Translations under genes and position numbers: made by a program | Notes under the pieces: generated by a model | What the model was told of the DNA's origin: nothing | The model's database searches: none | What the model saw: only the letters and a program-made list of their open reading frames with translations | Shown here: piece by piece, positions 1 to 9,498 of the stretch | Layout: each line of letters opens with the position of its first letter | Position numbering within the stretch: position 1 is the stretch's first letter | Source of the DNA: Planctomycetota bacterium | Lineage (GTDB): Bacteria > Planctomycetota > UBA8108 > SXIK01 | Assembly: GCA_965223845.1 (NCBI GenBank) | Contig: CBDCXR010000004.1 | Span: 4,096,001 to 4,160,000, forward strand | Direction: 5' to 3' | DNA length: 64,000 bases

Positions 1-852
1 GTCGTCGGCGCGGGTCGCGAGCGACAGCTCCACTACTTCGTGGGCGCACCGTTTGCCGATCTCGGGCTCGAGGAGGTCTGGGTGAAGCGGATAGACGTGC
101 ACATGCTCGAGCAGAGTCACCATTTCATTCTCTACGAGTGGGTCGCAGGGGCGAATCCGCCGCCCGGGACTCGCGAAGGATCGTTCACCGATCCGGACGA
201 GCTTCGTCTCGTGCTCGTCTCACAGCAGTCGTTTTTCAGCCAGACGTTTCCCGATGGGGCGAGCATTCGTTTCACGAAGGACACGCGCTTCGATCTCAAT
301 TCGCATTACATCAACTTGAACGGCGAGGAGACTCTGCTCGGCGAGGTCTACGTCAACATTTTCTTCGCCGATCCCGACGAAGTGCGCTCGGAGGTGAAGC
401 CGATCTTCGATTTCGGAGGCACGATTTTCGTTCCACCCAATCAGACGACGACGGCGCGGGGAACGTTCCCGACGATGCAGCGCACGCGGCAGCTCGATCC
501 GTCGATCGCCAACCAGAACGGCGAGGTTGCGGAGGAGACGCACATCCTGGCTCTCACTTCGCACATGCACCGCCACGGCGATCGCTTCGAGGTCTGGGTC
601 CACCGTGACGGGGAGAACCTTGCGAAGGTGTACGACAACGACAGTTGGGACGATCCGCTCTACAAAGAGTTCGACCCACCACTCGTTCTCGAACCGGGCG
701 ATGGCCTTCGGTACGTCGCGACGTACACGTATGACGATCCGCCGAGCCCGACGGCGCCGGCGCTGCGCTGGGGTCCGACCTCGGAAGATGAGATGATCAT
801 CCTTCTCGGGTCCTACCGAATCCCGGGACAGGATCCCGGCGTCGGTAACTAA
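1..852 (+). CDS. Copper type II ascorbate-dependent monooxygenase-like protein (PHM/DBH-like), 5'-truncated by the window edge
   Basis: Frame is open from base 1. Motifs SHHFILY, NSHY, SHMHRHG and EDEMI match the CuH (H,H,H) and CuM (H,H,M) ligand pattern. Confidence 0.7.
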   Translation, partial: VVGAGRERQLHYFVGAPFADLGLEEVWVKRIDVHMLEQSHHFILYEWVAGANPPPGTREGSFTDPDELRLVLVSQQSFFSQTFPDGASIRFTKDTRFDLNSHYINLNGEETLLGEVYVNIFFADPDEVRSEVKPIFDFGGTIFVPPNQTTTARGTFPTMQRTRQLDPSIANQNGEVAEETHILALTSHMHRHGDRFEVWVHRDGENLAKVYDNDSWDDPLYKEFDPPLVLEPGDGLRYVATYTYDDPPSPTAPALRWGPTSEDEMIILLGSYRIPGQDPGVGN

Positions 853-857
853 GCGCC

Positions 858-2375
858 GTGGTCCGACGAGCCGACGGGCGGAAGACTTTGAGTGTTTCCG
901 TCCTCGTCCTAGCGATGCACGCCGTCGCGCCAGCGGTCGCGGCAGAGAGCCGCTGGGAGAAAGCGATCGCGACGTTCGAGGCCGCCGACCGAGAGAATCC
1001 GCCACCCGCCGGAGGGATCCTCTTCATCGGATCGTCGAGCATCCGCATGTGGAATCTCGACCGCTACTTCGCCGACTTCCCGGTGATCCATCGCGGCTTC
1101 GGCGGGTCGGAGATCTCCGACAGCATCGAGTTCGCGCCGCGGATCGTCCTCCCCTACCGGCCGCGGATCATCGTGCTCTACGCGGGAGACAATGATGTCG
1201 CGAAGGGAAAGAGCGCCGAGGTCGTCGCACGCGACTTCGACCGATTCGTCGGCGTCGTGCACGAGGAGCTACCGACGACGCGGATCGTCTTTATCGCGAT
1301 CAAGCCGAGCATCTCGCGATGGCGGCTCGTAGGAGAAATGCGTCGTGCGAACGAGCTCATTCGAACACGCGTCGAGAGCGACGATCGTCTCGCGTACGTC
1401 GACATCGATACGCCCATGATAGGAGACGATGGAAAGCCGCGCCCCGAGCTTTTCGTAAGCGACGGACTCCATCTGAGCACGAAGGGCTACGACCTCTGGG
1501 CGGCGCTCGTGTTGCCGCATCTTGAGCTCCCCGTCGAGCGTGGCCAGCTCCGCGTCGCGTCATGCCAGTTCCCCGTCTCTGCGAACGTCGCGGAGAATGC
1601 CGAATGGATCCGCCGCCAGACGCGCGATGCGGCCGCTCGCCACGCGCAGCTGGTGCACTTCTCGGAGTGTGCGCTCTCGGGGTACGCGGGAGTCGACCAC
1701 AAGACGCTGGAGGAGTTCGATTGGGATCTCCACGAGCGAGAGTTGGCGTCCATTCGTGCACTCGCGAAAGAGCTCGGAGTTTGGGTGGTCGTAGGCGCCG
1801 CGCACCGACTTGAGAAGCACAAGCCGCACAATTCGCTCTACGTGATCGACCCGAACAGCGCGATCGTCGACCGATACGACAAGCGCTTCTGTACAGGCGG
1901 TGATCTTCGGCACTATTCGCCCGGCGATCACTTCGTCACCTTCGATGTGAACGGAGTGAAGTGCGGACTTCTCATTTGCTACGACATTCGCTTCCCCGAA
2001 CTCTTTCGCCAGTACCACCTGCTCGGCGCGCAGCTCGTCCTTCACTCGTTCTACAATGCGCGCCAGAAGCCGGGAGCGATTCACCCGAAGATCATGCCGC
2101 CGACGGCTCAAGCGCGCGCGGCGACCAACTATCTCTTTCTCTCCGTCACGAACTCGAGCGCCCGCCATAGCTGGGAAAGCCTCTTCGTCACGCCCGACGG
2201 ACTCATCGCACGGCGCCTCCGGCGCGACGAGCCGGGCGTGATGGTGAATCTCGTCGACACTCGAAAGCGCTACTACGACGCGAGCCGTCCCTATCGCGAA
2301 GGCGCGATCCACGGGAAGCTGAACAGCGGTGAAGTCGTCGACGACGCGCGGTCGAAGGATCGCGCAGCCCCGTAG
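858..2375 (+). CDS. Exported SGNH/GDSL hydrolase fused to a carbon-nitrogen hydrolase (nitrilase superfamily) domain
   Basis: Signal-like N-terminus. SGNH blocks GSSSI, RGFGGS, YAGDND, DGLH, then nitrilase triad FSECALSGY (E), YDKRF (K), ICYDIRFPE (C). Start may be at 916. Confidence 0.85.
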   Translation: MVRRADGRKTLSVSVLVLAMHAVAPAVAAESRWEKAIATFEAADRENPPPAGGILFIGSSSIRMWNLDRYFADFPVIHRGFGGSEISDSIEFAPRIVLPYRPRIIVLYAGDNDVAKGKSAEVVARDFDRFVGVVHEELPTTRIVFIAIKPSISRWRLVGEMRRANELIRTRVESDDRLAYVDIDTPMIGDDGKPRPELFVSDGLHLSTKGYDLWAALVLPHLELPVERGQLRVASCQFPVSANVAENAEWIRRQTRDAAARHAQLVHFSECALSGYAGVDHKTLEEFDWDLHERELASIRALAKELGVWVVVGAAHRLEKHKPHNSLYVIDPNSAIVDRYDKRFCTGGDLRHYSPGDHFVTFDVNGVKCGLLICYDIRFPELFRQYHLLGAQLVLHSFYNARQKPGAIHPKIMPPTAQARAATNYLFLSVTNSSARHSWESLFVTPDGLIARRLRRDEPGVMVNLVDTRKRYYDASRPYREGAIHGKLNSGEVVDDARSKDRAAP

Positions 2376-2461
2376 ACTTAGAGCGAGCGTCGGCGCGGCC
2401 GGCTGGTCCGGAGACCGTTGGTGTCGTCGGTGAGGAGGCAGGATCGGCGGATCGATCCGCG

Positions 2462-3892
2462 TCAGAGAAGCGGCGCGAACAGGCGCGCAAACGCGGACGC
2501 AAACCGCGACGACGCACTGCGCGCCGCGAGTGTTTCGGCGGTGATCTCGATCGATCGATCGACGACGGCGCGTAGGTTCGCGGTGATCGTCTCGACGTCC
2601 TCCGGCCGATCGAACACCGCCATCTGCTCGAAGTTGAGGTACATGCTGCGGTAGTCGAGGTTCGCGGAACCGAGCGCCGCCCATTCGCCGTCGATGCACA
2701 CCGCCTTGGCGTGCATCATTCCGGTTGTGAACGCGTGAATGTGGACGCCGGATTCGAGGAGTTCCTCGGCGTAGTAGCGACTGGCGAAATAGACCAGGTG
2801 GTTGTCCGGCGGCCATCCCTGCGTCGCGACGTGCACGTCAACTCCGCATCGCGCAGCGAGCGCGAGCGCTTGCCGAAGGGCGAAGTCGGGAACCAGATAG
2901 GGAGTCGCCACGAAGATGGAGCGGCGGGCGCGCGTGAGCGCGCCGAGGATCGTCTGTCGGATCGGATTCGGCTCGAGATCGGGTCCACCCGAGATGATCT
3001 GCACGGTCGCGTCACCGCGCCGCTCGACGGGAGGAAAGTACTGTTCCCCTTCGAGCGTCGACCCCGTCGCGACGCTCCAGTCCTCGACGAAGATCCGCTG
3101 AAGATCCCACACGGCGGGTCCTTCGAGTCGCGCGTGGAGATCGTACCATTCGCGCTCGTGCTGACCGAATCGTCCGAGATACTCCTCGCCGACGTTCATC
3201 CCTCCGAAAAACGCCACGCGGCCGTCGACGATCACGATCTTGCGGTGATTGCGGAGGTTCGGGCTCATGCGCCCCACCGTAAGAAGCGGAGTGAACGCGA
3301 CCGCCTCCCCACCACCGCGTCGGATGGCGCGAAGGAGATGTCGTGCGGCGAAGGATCCGAAGCCGTCGACGATGAGGCGTATCTCGACGCCGGCGTTCAC
3401 TCTGGCGATGAGTTGGTCGACGATCTGGCGGCCGAGGCGGTCGTTCCTCAGGATGTACGACTCGATGTGGATATGACTTTTCGCGGTCTCGATCACCCCC
3501 GTGACGTCGTCGATGAGCTCGCTCCCGGAGTGGAAGATCCGCGCCGCGTTTCCCGCGCGCCGCGGCCCTTCACCGAGATCGACGATCATTCGAGAGAGCG
3601 CCCCCCAGCGATCGTTCTCGCGCTCCTCGCAACCGAACTCGTGGAACTCGTTCGGCAGCGGCTCCTTCGTTTCGAACTCTTCGCGGCGCGCGATGCGAAG
3701 GCGCAGACGACGCGGGACCTGATTGATGCCGAACAAGACGAAGAACAGCGCGCCGACGATCGGAACGAAAACGATCGCGAGCGACCAGGCGAGGGCCGCC
3801 GAGGCCTCTCGCTTCCGGAGGAACACGAGCGCGAGGAGCCCCGCGATCAGCGCGAAGTAGAGCCAACCCGAGAGGGTCGCGATCCAGTCCAT
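2462..3892 (-). CDS. cls: Cardiolipin synthase (PLD family)
   Basis: Two N-terminal TM helices; two HKD motifs RNHRKIVIVDG and MHAKAVCIDG; GSANLDYRS. Confidence 0.92.
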   Translation of the reverse strand: MDWIATLSGWLYFALIAGLLALVFLRKREASAALAWSLAIVFVPIVGALFFVLFGINQVPRRLRLRIARREEFETKEPLPNEFHEFGCEERENDRWGALSRMIVDLGEGPRRAGNAARIFHSGSELIDDVTGVIETAKSHIHIESYILRNDRLGRQIVDQLIARVNAGVEIRLIVDGFGSFAARHLLRAIRRGGGEAVAFTPLLTVGRMSPNLRNHRKIVIVDGRVAFFGGMNVGEEYLGRFGQHEREWYDLHARLEGPAVWDLQRIFVEDWSVATGSTLEGEQYFPPVERRGDATVQIISGGPDLEPNPIRQTILGALTRARRSIFVATPYLVPDFALRQALALAARCGVDVHVATQGWPPDNHLVYFASRYYAEELLESGVHIHAFTTGMMHAKAVCIDGEWAALGSANLDYRSMYLNFEQMAVFDRPEDVETITANLRAVVDRSIEITAETLAARSASSRFASAFARLFAPLL

Positions 3893-3949
3893 TCCGTCAG
3901 TCTCGCCGCGTGTTCGTACGAGCCGGCTTCCATACGGTCGCAGCTCGCA

Positions 3950-4279
3950 TCAAGCGAGGAGATCGCTGATCGCGATGTCGGGCCGCGCAACGTAGCTGCC
4001 GTTCGCAAAGGACTCGAAGAGCACTCGCGCGAGCGGATGGACGACTTGCTCCATTCCGGCGTCGATCTCGAGGTTCTCCTCCGCGACGTAGGTCGTGTGC
4101 TCGGCCCCGTGAACCAGCACGTGATACCAAGTTTGATCGCGACGCGGCTGCGTCAGATTCGACACGTACCATTCCTCGGACGCGCGACACCCGTCATCGA
4201 ATCCGGCCACCGCGCCGCGATACCCGTAGCGGCGGTGAGAGACTAACTGTCCGATTTGATACTTCGCTTCCAAGGCCAT
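3950..4279 (-). CDS. hspQ: Heat shock protein HspQ / YccV-like protein
   Basis: AKYQIGQLVSHRRYGYRG, WYHVLV and TTYVAEENL are HspQ signature segments; 109 aa. Confidence 0.88.
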   Translation of the reverse strand: MALEAKYQIGQLVSHRRYGYRGAVAGFDDGCRASEEWYVSNLTQPRRDQTWYHVLVHGAEHTTYVAEENLEIDAGMEQVVHPLARVLFESFANGSYVARPDIAISDLLA

Positions 4280-4301
4280 GGCCCGCCGGTGTGAGGGGGA
4301 G

Positions 4302-6290
4302 TCAATCCTTCGGCGTCAGATCCTTGACGCGGATGTTGCGAAATTCAACGCGGTGACCGTGCCCCAAGAATCCGAAGTAGCCTTCGGTGACCTTATGAAT
4401 GTCGTGGTGCGCCGCGAATCGCCGGGGCTCCGCGGCCTCGAGGCGGGCCATGATGGCTCCGATGTCGGCGTCAGCGATGACCTTGCCGTTCAGTGTGACC
4501 TTGACGCGATTCCCGCGCACTTCGATCTCCTCGTAGTTCCACTCGCCGAGCGGCCGCTGATAGCCGCGCTTCGCGGCCGCGAGATTGTACGGCGACCCGT
4601 GATACTGCCAGTTCGCGAGCCGCGCGTACATCGGCGCAGTGTTGTCGAGGACTTGGAGCTCCATGCCCCAGTAGGCGCCGTCGAACGTCTTCTCCGGATT
4701 CACTTCCGGCTCGTAGCGCGCACGGATCCCGACCCCGTTGTTTCCGCCCGACTCCAGTTTGAATTCGAAGCGGGCGATGAAATCACCGAACTTCCGCGCG
4801 GCGTAGAGGTTCCCTCCGCCTCGTTTGCGGCAAACGAGCTTGCCGTTCTCGGCGATGTATCCACCCTCGACCGCACGCCGGGGACCGATCCAGCCGGTCA
4901 GATCCTTCCCGTTGAAGAGGCTCACGAAGCCGTCGGCGTCGTCGTTTCGCGGCGGCTCGAGAGAGAAGGCCGGATTTCTCCCGAGAGGACGAACGTAGAG
5001 GTCTCGCAGCTCAACCTCGGAGTCGCGGCCGTTCCCACGACCGAGCTCGATGCCGATCGCGCCCTTCGCGAATCCTCCCGGCCGAAACGCCGAGAGGGTC
5101 TGCGTGCCGTTTCGCCACATCTGGAGAGTCTCGCCTCGCACGATCACGTAGTAGTGATTCCACCCGCCCGGTTTGACGAAAGCGTTCACTCGCTCAGGCG
5201 AGATGGCCAGGACCGCTCCATCGCGACCTTCGCTCCGTAGGCGACTCCCCCACATCCGTTCGCCCACGTCGAGCCGCCAGCCCGGAACATCGTCGAAGCT
5301 CGCCGGCTTCGACCGAACGCAGAGGCTAGACTTGACCTCCGCCCCGGAGTTTCTTACGAGCGCGTGGAGTTCAAAGTCGCCGAACTCCCGTTCGGTGTAC
5401 GCGACGCACTGGCGATCGCCCTCCTTCGCTCGGCCGGTGAGCACACCTTCGTCGATCGACCAGTGTGCACGCTCGAACTTCCATCCCGGGAGTCCGTTCG
5501 CCTCGACGAGCGGAATCCAATCGTCGCCGACAGGATTGCCGTAGCGATCGCGGACGCCGGATTCCGGCGGACGCCGAGGCAGCTCCCGCAGGAACACGTT
5601 CCGAAATCGGAGCTCGCCCCCGTGCGTTTGGAGCTGAATCGGCCCCGACGGATAAAGCGGTACGCTCCGATCCCAATAGTTCTCGAGCGGCACCTCGTTC
5701 ACGACGAGTTGATCGTTCAGCCAGACGGTCGTCGTGTTCCCAACGAGACGGATGCGAAACGTATTCCACTCCCCGGCCGGCCGATCGGCGCAGACGAGAG
5801 GCACGCTCGGGTTCTTTTGATTGTTGTAGAGACCCCCGGATCCCACCTTCGCCGCCGGAATCCCGTTCACCGGGTCCCAGATCTGCACCTGCGGCGTCGC
5901 GCGGAGATAGATCCCGCTGTCGGCGGCGGCCGCGATCTTCCAATCCATGACGAGATCGAAATCGGCGTACTCTCGAGCCGTCGAGAGGTAAGGCCCCGCG
6001 CCGTTACAGACGAGCTCCCCGTCTTCGACTCGCCAATGCTCGAGGAGCTTCTTGTCGGCGGCGACTTGCTGCGCGGCCCGCTCGTCCGGCGAGAGTGCGA
6101 GATACTTGCGCGGATTTCCGAGGCCGGCGTTCCAACCCGAGAGGTCACGCCCGTTAAACAACGCGTGAAACCCGTCGGGGGGAACGTTGTTCGCGTGTTC
6201 GTCAGCGGCGTTCAATCGCGAGCTCGCGATGCCGCTAGCAAGGCATGAAAATCCGACCAGGAGAACGTGGTGTGTAGCTCTGAAGTGCAT
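4302..6290 (-). CDS. Exported protein with three tandem DUF1080 (3-keto-disaccharide hydrolase-like) domains
   Basis: Repeated LFNG(R/K)DL(S/T)GW, DSGIYLR / NNGVGIR, EWN and FRN(V/I) motifs. Signal peptide follows the Met at 6290. Confidence 0.85.
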   Translation of the reverse strand: MHFRATHHVLLVGFSCLASGIASSRLNAADEHANNVPPDGFHALFNGRDLSGWNAGLGNPRKYLALSPDERAAQQVAADKKLLEHWRVEDGELVCNGAGPYLSTAREYADFDLVMDWKIAAAADSGIYLRATPQVQIWDPVNGIPAAKVGSGGLYNNQKNPSVPLVCADRPAGEWNTFRIRLVGNTTTVWLNDQLVVNEVPLENYWDRSVPLYPSGPIQLQTHGGELRFRNVFLRELPRRPPESGVRDRYGNPVGDDWIPLVEANGLPGWKFERAHWSIDEGVLTGRAKEGDRQCVAYTEREFGDFELHALVRNSGAEVKSSLCVRSKPASFDDVPGWRLDVGERMWGSRLRSEGRDGAVLAISPERVNAFVKPGGWNHYYVIVRGETLQMWRNGTQTLSAFRPGGFAKGAIGIELGRGNGRDSEVELRDLYVRPLGRNPAFSLEPPRNDDADGFVSLFNGKDLTGWIGPRRAVEGGYIAENGKLVCRKRGGGNLYAARKFGDFIARFEFKLESGGNNGVGIRARYEPEVNPEKTFDGAYWGMELQVLDNTAPMYARLANWQYHGSPYNLAAAKRGYQRPLGEWNYEEIEVRGNRVKVTLNGKVIADADIGAIMARLEAAEPRRFAAHHDIHKVTEGYFGFLGHGHRVEFRNIRVKDLTPKD

Positions 6291-6510
6291 CTGGGCTCCG
6301 GGGAAAAAGCGAGGCGGGCGATCACGCGCAGTCGATGAGAAGGCACCGATCCCTAGTGCCGTTTCGGTCGCGGACACGACCGCGCTCGAGTCTCTCTGAG
6401 CTCAGAAACTCATGCAAGAGTTTTCGAGACGGGCTCGCGTTGGCTACGCTCTTTCCATCGCCGCGCCGGTCGATTAGCGTGGCGGCTCACTCGTCAGCCG
6501 GGAACGAAAC

Positions 6511-8121
6511 ATGAGCGAAGACGCAGCGACGCCGTCTCACCCGTCTCCGGGGAACGCGGACGATCGAGAACCGAACGCGGCGGGAATCGCAGATCCCCCG
6601 AGGACGCTCGGTGGAATCTTTCGTTCACTCGGTCCCGGACTCATCATCGCCGGCTCGATCGTCGGCTCCGGAGAGCTCATCGCGACGACGGTGACCGGCG
6701 GCGAGGCGGGGTTCTCCCTCCTTTGGCTCATCGTCATCGGCTGCGTGATCAAGGTGTTCACGCAGGTCGAGCTCGGCCGATTCACGATCGTCGCGGGCCA
6801 GACCGCGATGGAGGGCCTCAATCAAGTGCCCGGACCGCGGATCGGACGGCGCGGCAACTGGCTTGTCTGGTACTGGCTCGCGATGTTCCTGGCGAGCCTC
6901 GGGCAGCTCGGTGGCATCGTCGGCAGCGTCGGGCAGGCGCTAGCGATCAGCGCGCCGATCACAGAGGCAGGTCGGTCGTACAACGAGTACGTCGATGCCA
7001 AGACGTCCGCGCACGTGAGCGAGCGGGCTCTCGAGCAGGCCACCCGGCGCGCAGAACCCGAAGAAGCGGCGCAGATCGCGAGTGAGCTCGAACGCGCGCG
7101 GGTAAAGCTAGCGTCGTTCGAAGAACCGCCGGAGGTCGGAAACGACGACAAGATCTGGGCGACCATCGTCACCGTCCTCACGGCCATTCTTCTCGTGGTG
7201 GGGCGCTACGGACTGATCCAATCATTTGCGACGGCTCTCGTCGCGCTGTTCACTCTCGTCACGATCGCGAACCTGTTCTTTCTTCAGTCGAGTGGAACTT
7301 GGGCCATCACTGGATCGGAGCTCTGGAGCGGACTTCGCTTCAGCTTCCCGCCTGCCGACCCCGAAAGCAGCAAGACGCCGCTCTTCACCGCGCTCGCGGC
7401 CTTCGGGATCATCGGAGTCGGCGCCTCGGAGCTCGTCGCCTATCCCTACTGGTGCCTCGAGAAGGGCTACGCACGCTTCACTGGCCGGCGGGACGGAACT
7501 CCCGCGTGGACGGAACGCGCTCGCGGCTGGCTTCGCGTCCTCCGCTGGGACGCGTGGTGCTCGATGGCCGTGTACACGTTCGCGACGGTCGCGTTCTACC
7601 TTCTCGGGGCGGCGATTCTCGGACGCACGGGACTCAAAGTCGAAGGCTCCGAGCTGATCCGCGCGCTCGCGGTCATGTACGAGCCCGTGTTCGGTCGCGC
7701 GGCCGAAGTGCTGTTTCTCTTCGGATCGATCGCCGTTCTCTACTCGACGTTCTTCGTCGCGAACGCCGGCCACGCGTACGTTTGCTCCGATGCGCTGCGC
7801 GTCTTCGGTTTCGGAGTTCACTCGAGCGAAGAGAAGCGAGCCTGGACGCGGCGATTCAGTGCGCTGTTTCCATTCATCTGTCTCACGGCCTACTTGTTCC
7901 TCCCGAAGCCGAAAGCCCTCGTTCTCGCGAGCGGCGTGATGCAGGCGATGATGCTGCCGATGCTCGCGGGCGCGGCGCTCTACTTTCGGTACCGCCGCTC
8001 CGACGCGAAGCTCGCGCCGGGGCGACTCTGGGATAGTCTCCTCTGGATCTCTGCGCTCGGCATGCTGATCGCGGGAATCGCGACGGCCGTGATGGCGTAC
8101 ACGAAATTCAGCGCTTCGTAG
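6511..8121 (+). CDS. Nramp-related (YcsG-like) secondary transporter
   Basis: GPGLIIAGSIVGSGE N-terminal motif, about 11 TM segments, YPYWCLEKGY. Lacks the DPGN motif of MntH. Confidence 0.8.
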   Translation: MSEDAATPSHPSPGNADDREPNAAGIADPPRTLGGIFRSLGPGLIIAGSIVGSGELIATTVTGGEAGFSLLWLIVIGCVIKVFTQVELGRFTIVAGQTAMEGLNQVPGPRIGRRGNWLVWYWLAMFLASLGQLGGIVGSVGQALAISAPITEAGRSYNEYVDAKTSAHVSERALEQATRRAEPEEAAQIASELERARVKLASFEEPPEVGNDDKIWATIVTVLTAILLVVGRYGLIQSFATALVALFTLVTIANLFFLQSSGTWAITGSELWSGLRFSFPPADPESSKTPLFTALAAFGIIGVGASELVAYPYWCLEKGYARFTGRRDGTPAWTERARGWLRVLRWDAWCSMAVYTFATVAFYLLGAAILGRTGLKVEGSELIRALAVMYEPVFGRAAEVLFLFGSIAVLYSTFFVANAGHAYVCSDALRVFGFGVHSSEEKRAWTRRFSALFPFICLTAYLFLPKPKALVLASGVMQAMMLPMLAGAALYFRYRRSDAKLAPGRLWDSLLWISALGMLIAGIATAVMAYTKFSAS

Positions 8122-8253
8122 GCGCTCGCGCGCAGCAGGAGAAGGAGCTCGCCGCCGCGCGGCCGCGACCCGAACATTTCGCGCGAAGGGATTCGGGCGA
8201 TTGCGCTCTTCGGTCCCCTCTCCTACGGTGTCTTGCGGCCGAGGAGAAACGCG

Positions 8254-9426
8254 ATGCGAACGGAGTCCGGAGCACCGAGTCCATTCTGCGCGGCGGCGAG
8301 CGCGACCCTCGCGCTTCTCGTTGCGACGGCCCTGCTCGGAGCCGGGCGGGAGGCGGAGGCGCCACCGACCGGTGAAATCCGAATTGCATTCGTCGGCGAC
8401 ACCTACCTCGGTGAGAGCTACCATCCGCGCGGTCCTCCTCCATTCGCTCCCGCATTCCGGGCGCTCGAGCGACTCGTGGCCCGCTCTTCCCTCGTCGTCG
8501 GAAACCTCGAGACGTCGCTCACCGCACGCACGTCGTCGCCGTTCGCCGGCAGGAAGCCGTACCTCCATCGGGGCGACATCGCGTCGACTGCCGCGGCACT
8601 GCACTCGAGCGGGATCTCGGCGGTCTCGCTCGCGAACAATCACAGCGTCGACTACGGCTCAGAGGGTCTCGCGGAAACGTTGAACGCCCTGGCTGGACAC
8701 GGAATCGCCGCTTTCGGCGCCGGGTCGTCGATTCGCGAGACCGAGACCGCATTCGTTCGTCGGTGGCGCGTGGGAGCGAAGGAATTCGAGCTCGCCGTGG
8801 TCGCCGGATTCGAATACCGAGAAGCCTACGAGACGAAGTATCGCTACTACGCGACAAGCGATCGCGCCGGAGTCCATCCTTGGTCGCCGAAGCGCGCGGA
8901 GCGCCACGTCAAACGAGTCCGTCGCGCGCATCCGCGGGCGTTCGTCGTAGCGTTTCCTCACTGGGGCAAAAACTATCGGTGGCGAACCGAAGCGCAGCGC
9001 GAACTCGCCGATGCTCTCCTTCGCGGCGGCGCGGACCTCGTCCTCGGCCACGGCGCACACCAGCTCCAAGAGATCGAGCGTCGCCGCGGTCGCTGGATCG
9101 TCTACGGACTCGGGAACTTCGTTTTCCTTTCTCCTGGACGGTATGCGAAACATGAAGCGGTCCCCTACTCGCTGATCGCCCGGCTCGTCGTCTCGAGCAC
9201 CGCCGACGGCTTCAATCTCGCGCTGCGTCTCGATCCAATTCTGAGCGACAATCTGCGGACGAGTTTCCGTCCTCGATCGCTCGATGATTCCGAGGTTCGT
9301 CGCGTTCGCGAGCTCCTCGTCGCGCGCGATCCGTCGGGAGAGCTGGCGTCGTCGCTCCGATTCATCCGCGATTCGGAACGGTCGTATCTACTTCTCGGCT
9401 TCGATGGCGAATCGGAGCGGCGGTGA
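8254..9426 (+). CDS. CapA family (PGA_cap) metallophosphatase-fold protein
   Basis: FVGD, GNLET, LANNHSVDYG, FPHWG, GHGAH and YGLGNF motifs; signal peptide. Confidence 0.88.
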   Translation: MRTESGAPSPFCAAASATLALLVATALLGAGREAEAPPTGEIRIAFVGDTYLGESYHPRGPPPFAPAFRALERLVARSSLVVGNLETSLTARTSSPFAGRKPYLHRGDIASTAAALHSSGISAVSLANNHSVDYGSEGLAETLNALAGHGIAAFGAGSSIRETETAFVRRWRVGAKEFELAVVAGFEYREAYETKYRYYATSDRAGVHPWSPKRAERHVKRVRRAHPRAFVVAFPHWGKNYRWRTEAQRELADALLRGGADLVLGHGAHQLQEIERRRGRWIVYGLGNFVFLSPGRYAKHEAVPYSLIARLVVSSTADGFNLALRLDPILSDNLRTSFRPRSLDDSEVRRVRELLVARDPSGELASSLRFIRDSERSYLLLGFDGESERR

Positions 9427-9498
9427 ACCCACCGAAGCTTCGCGCGGACGAAACGCGAAAGGGGGCGACACCGATCGCCGCGCGAGATTCTCGAGCCC

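Noticed and set aside
4295-4305. TTGACTCCCCC shared with 43874-43884 as a regulatory motif
   Set aside because: Only 11 nt, overlaps a stop codon in one case, and has no matching -10 element; probably chance.
8254-9426. Poly-gamma-glutamate capsule locus
   Set aside because: Only a CapA-like gene is present; there is no capB or capC.
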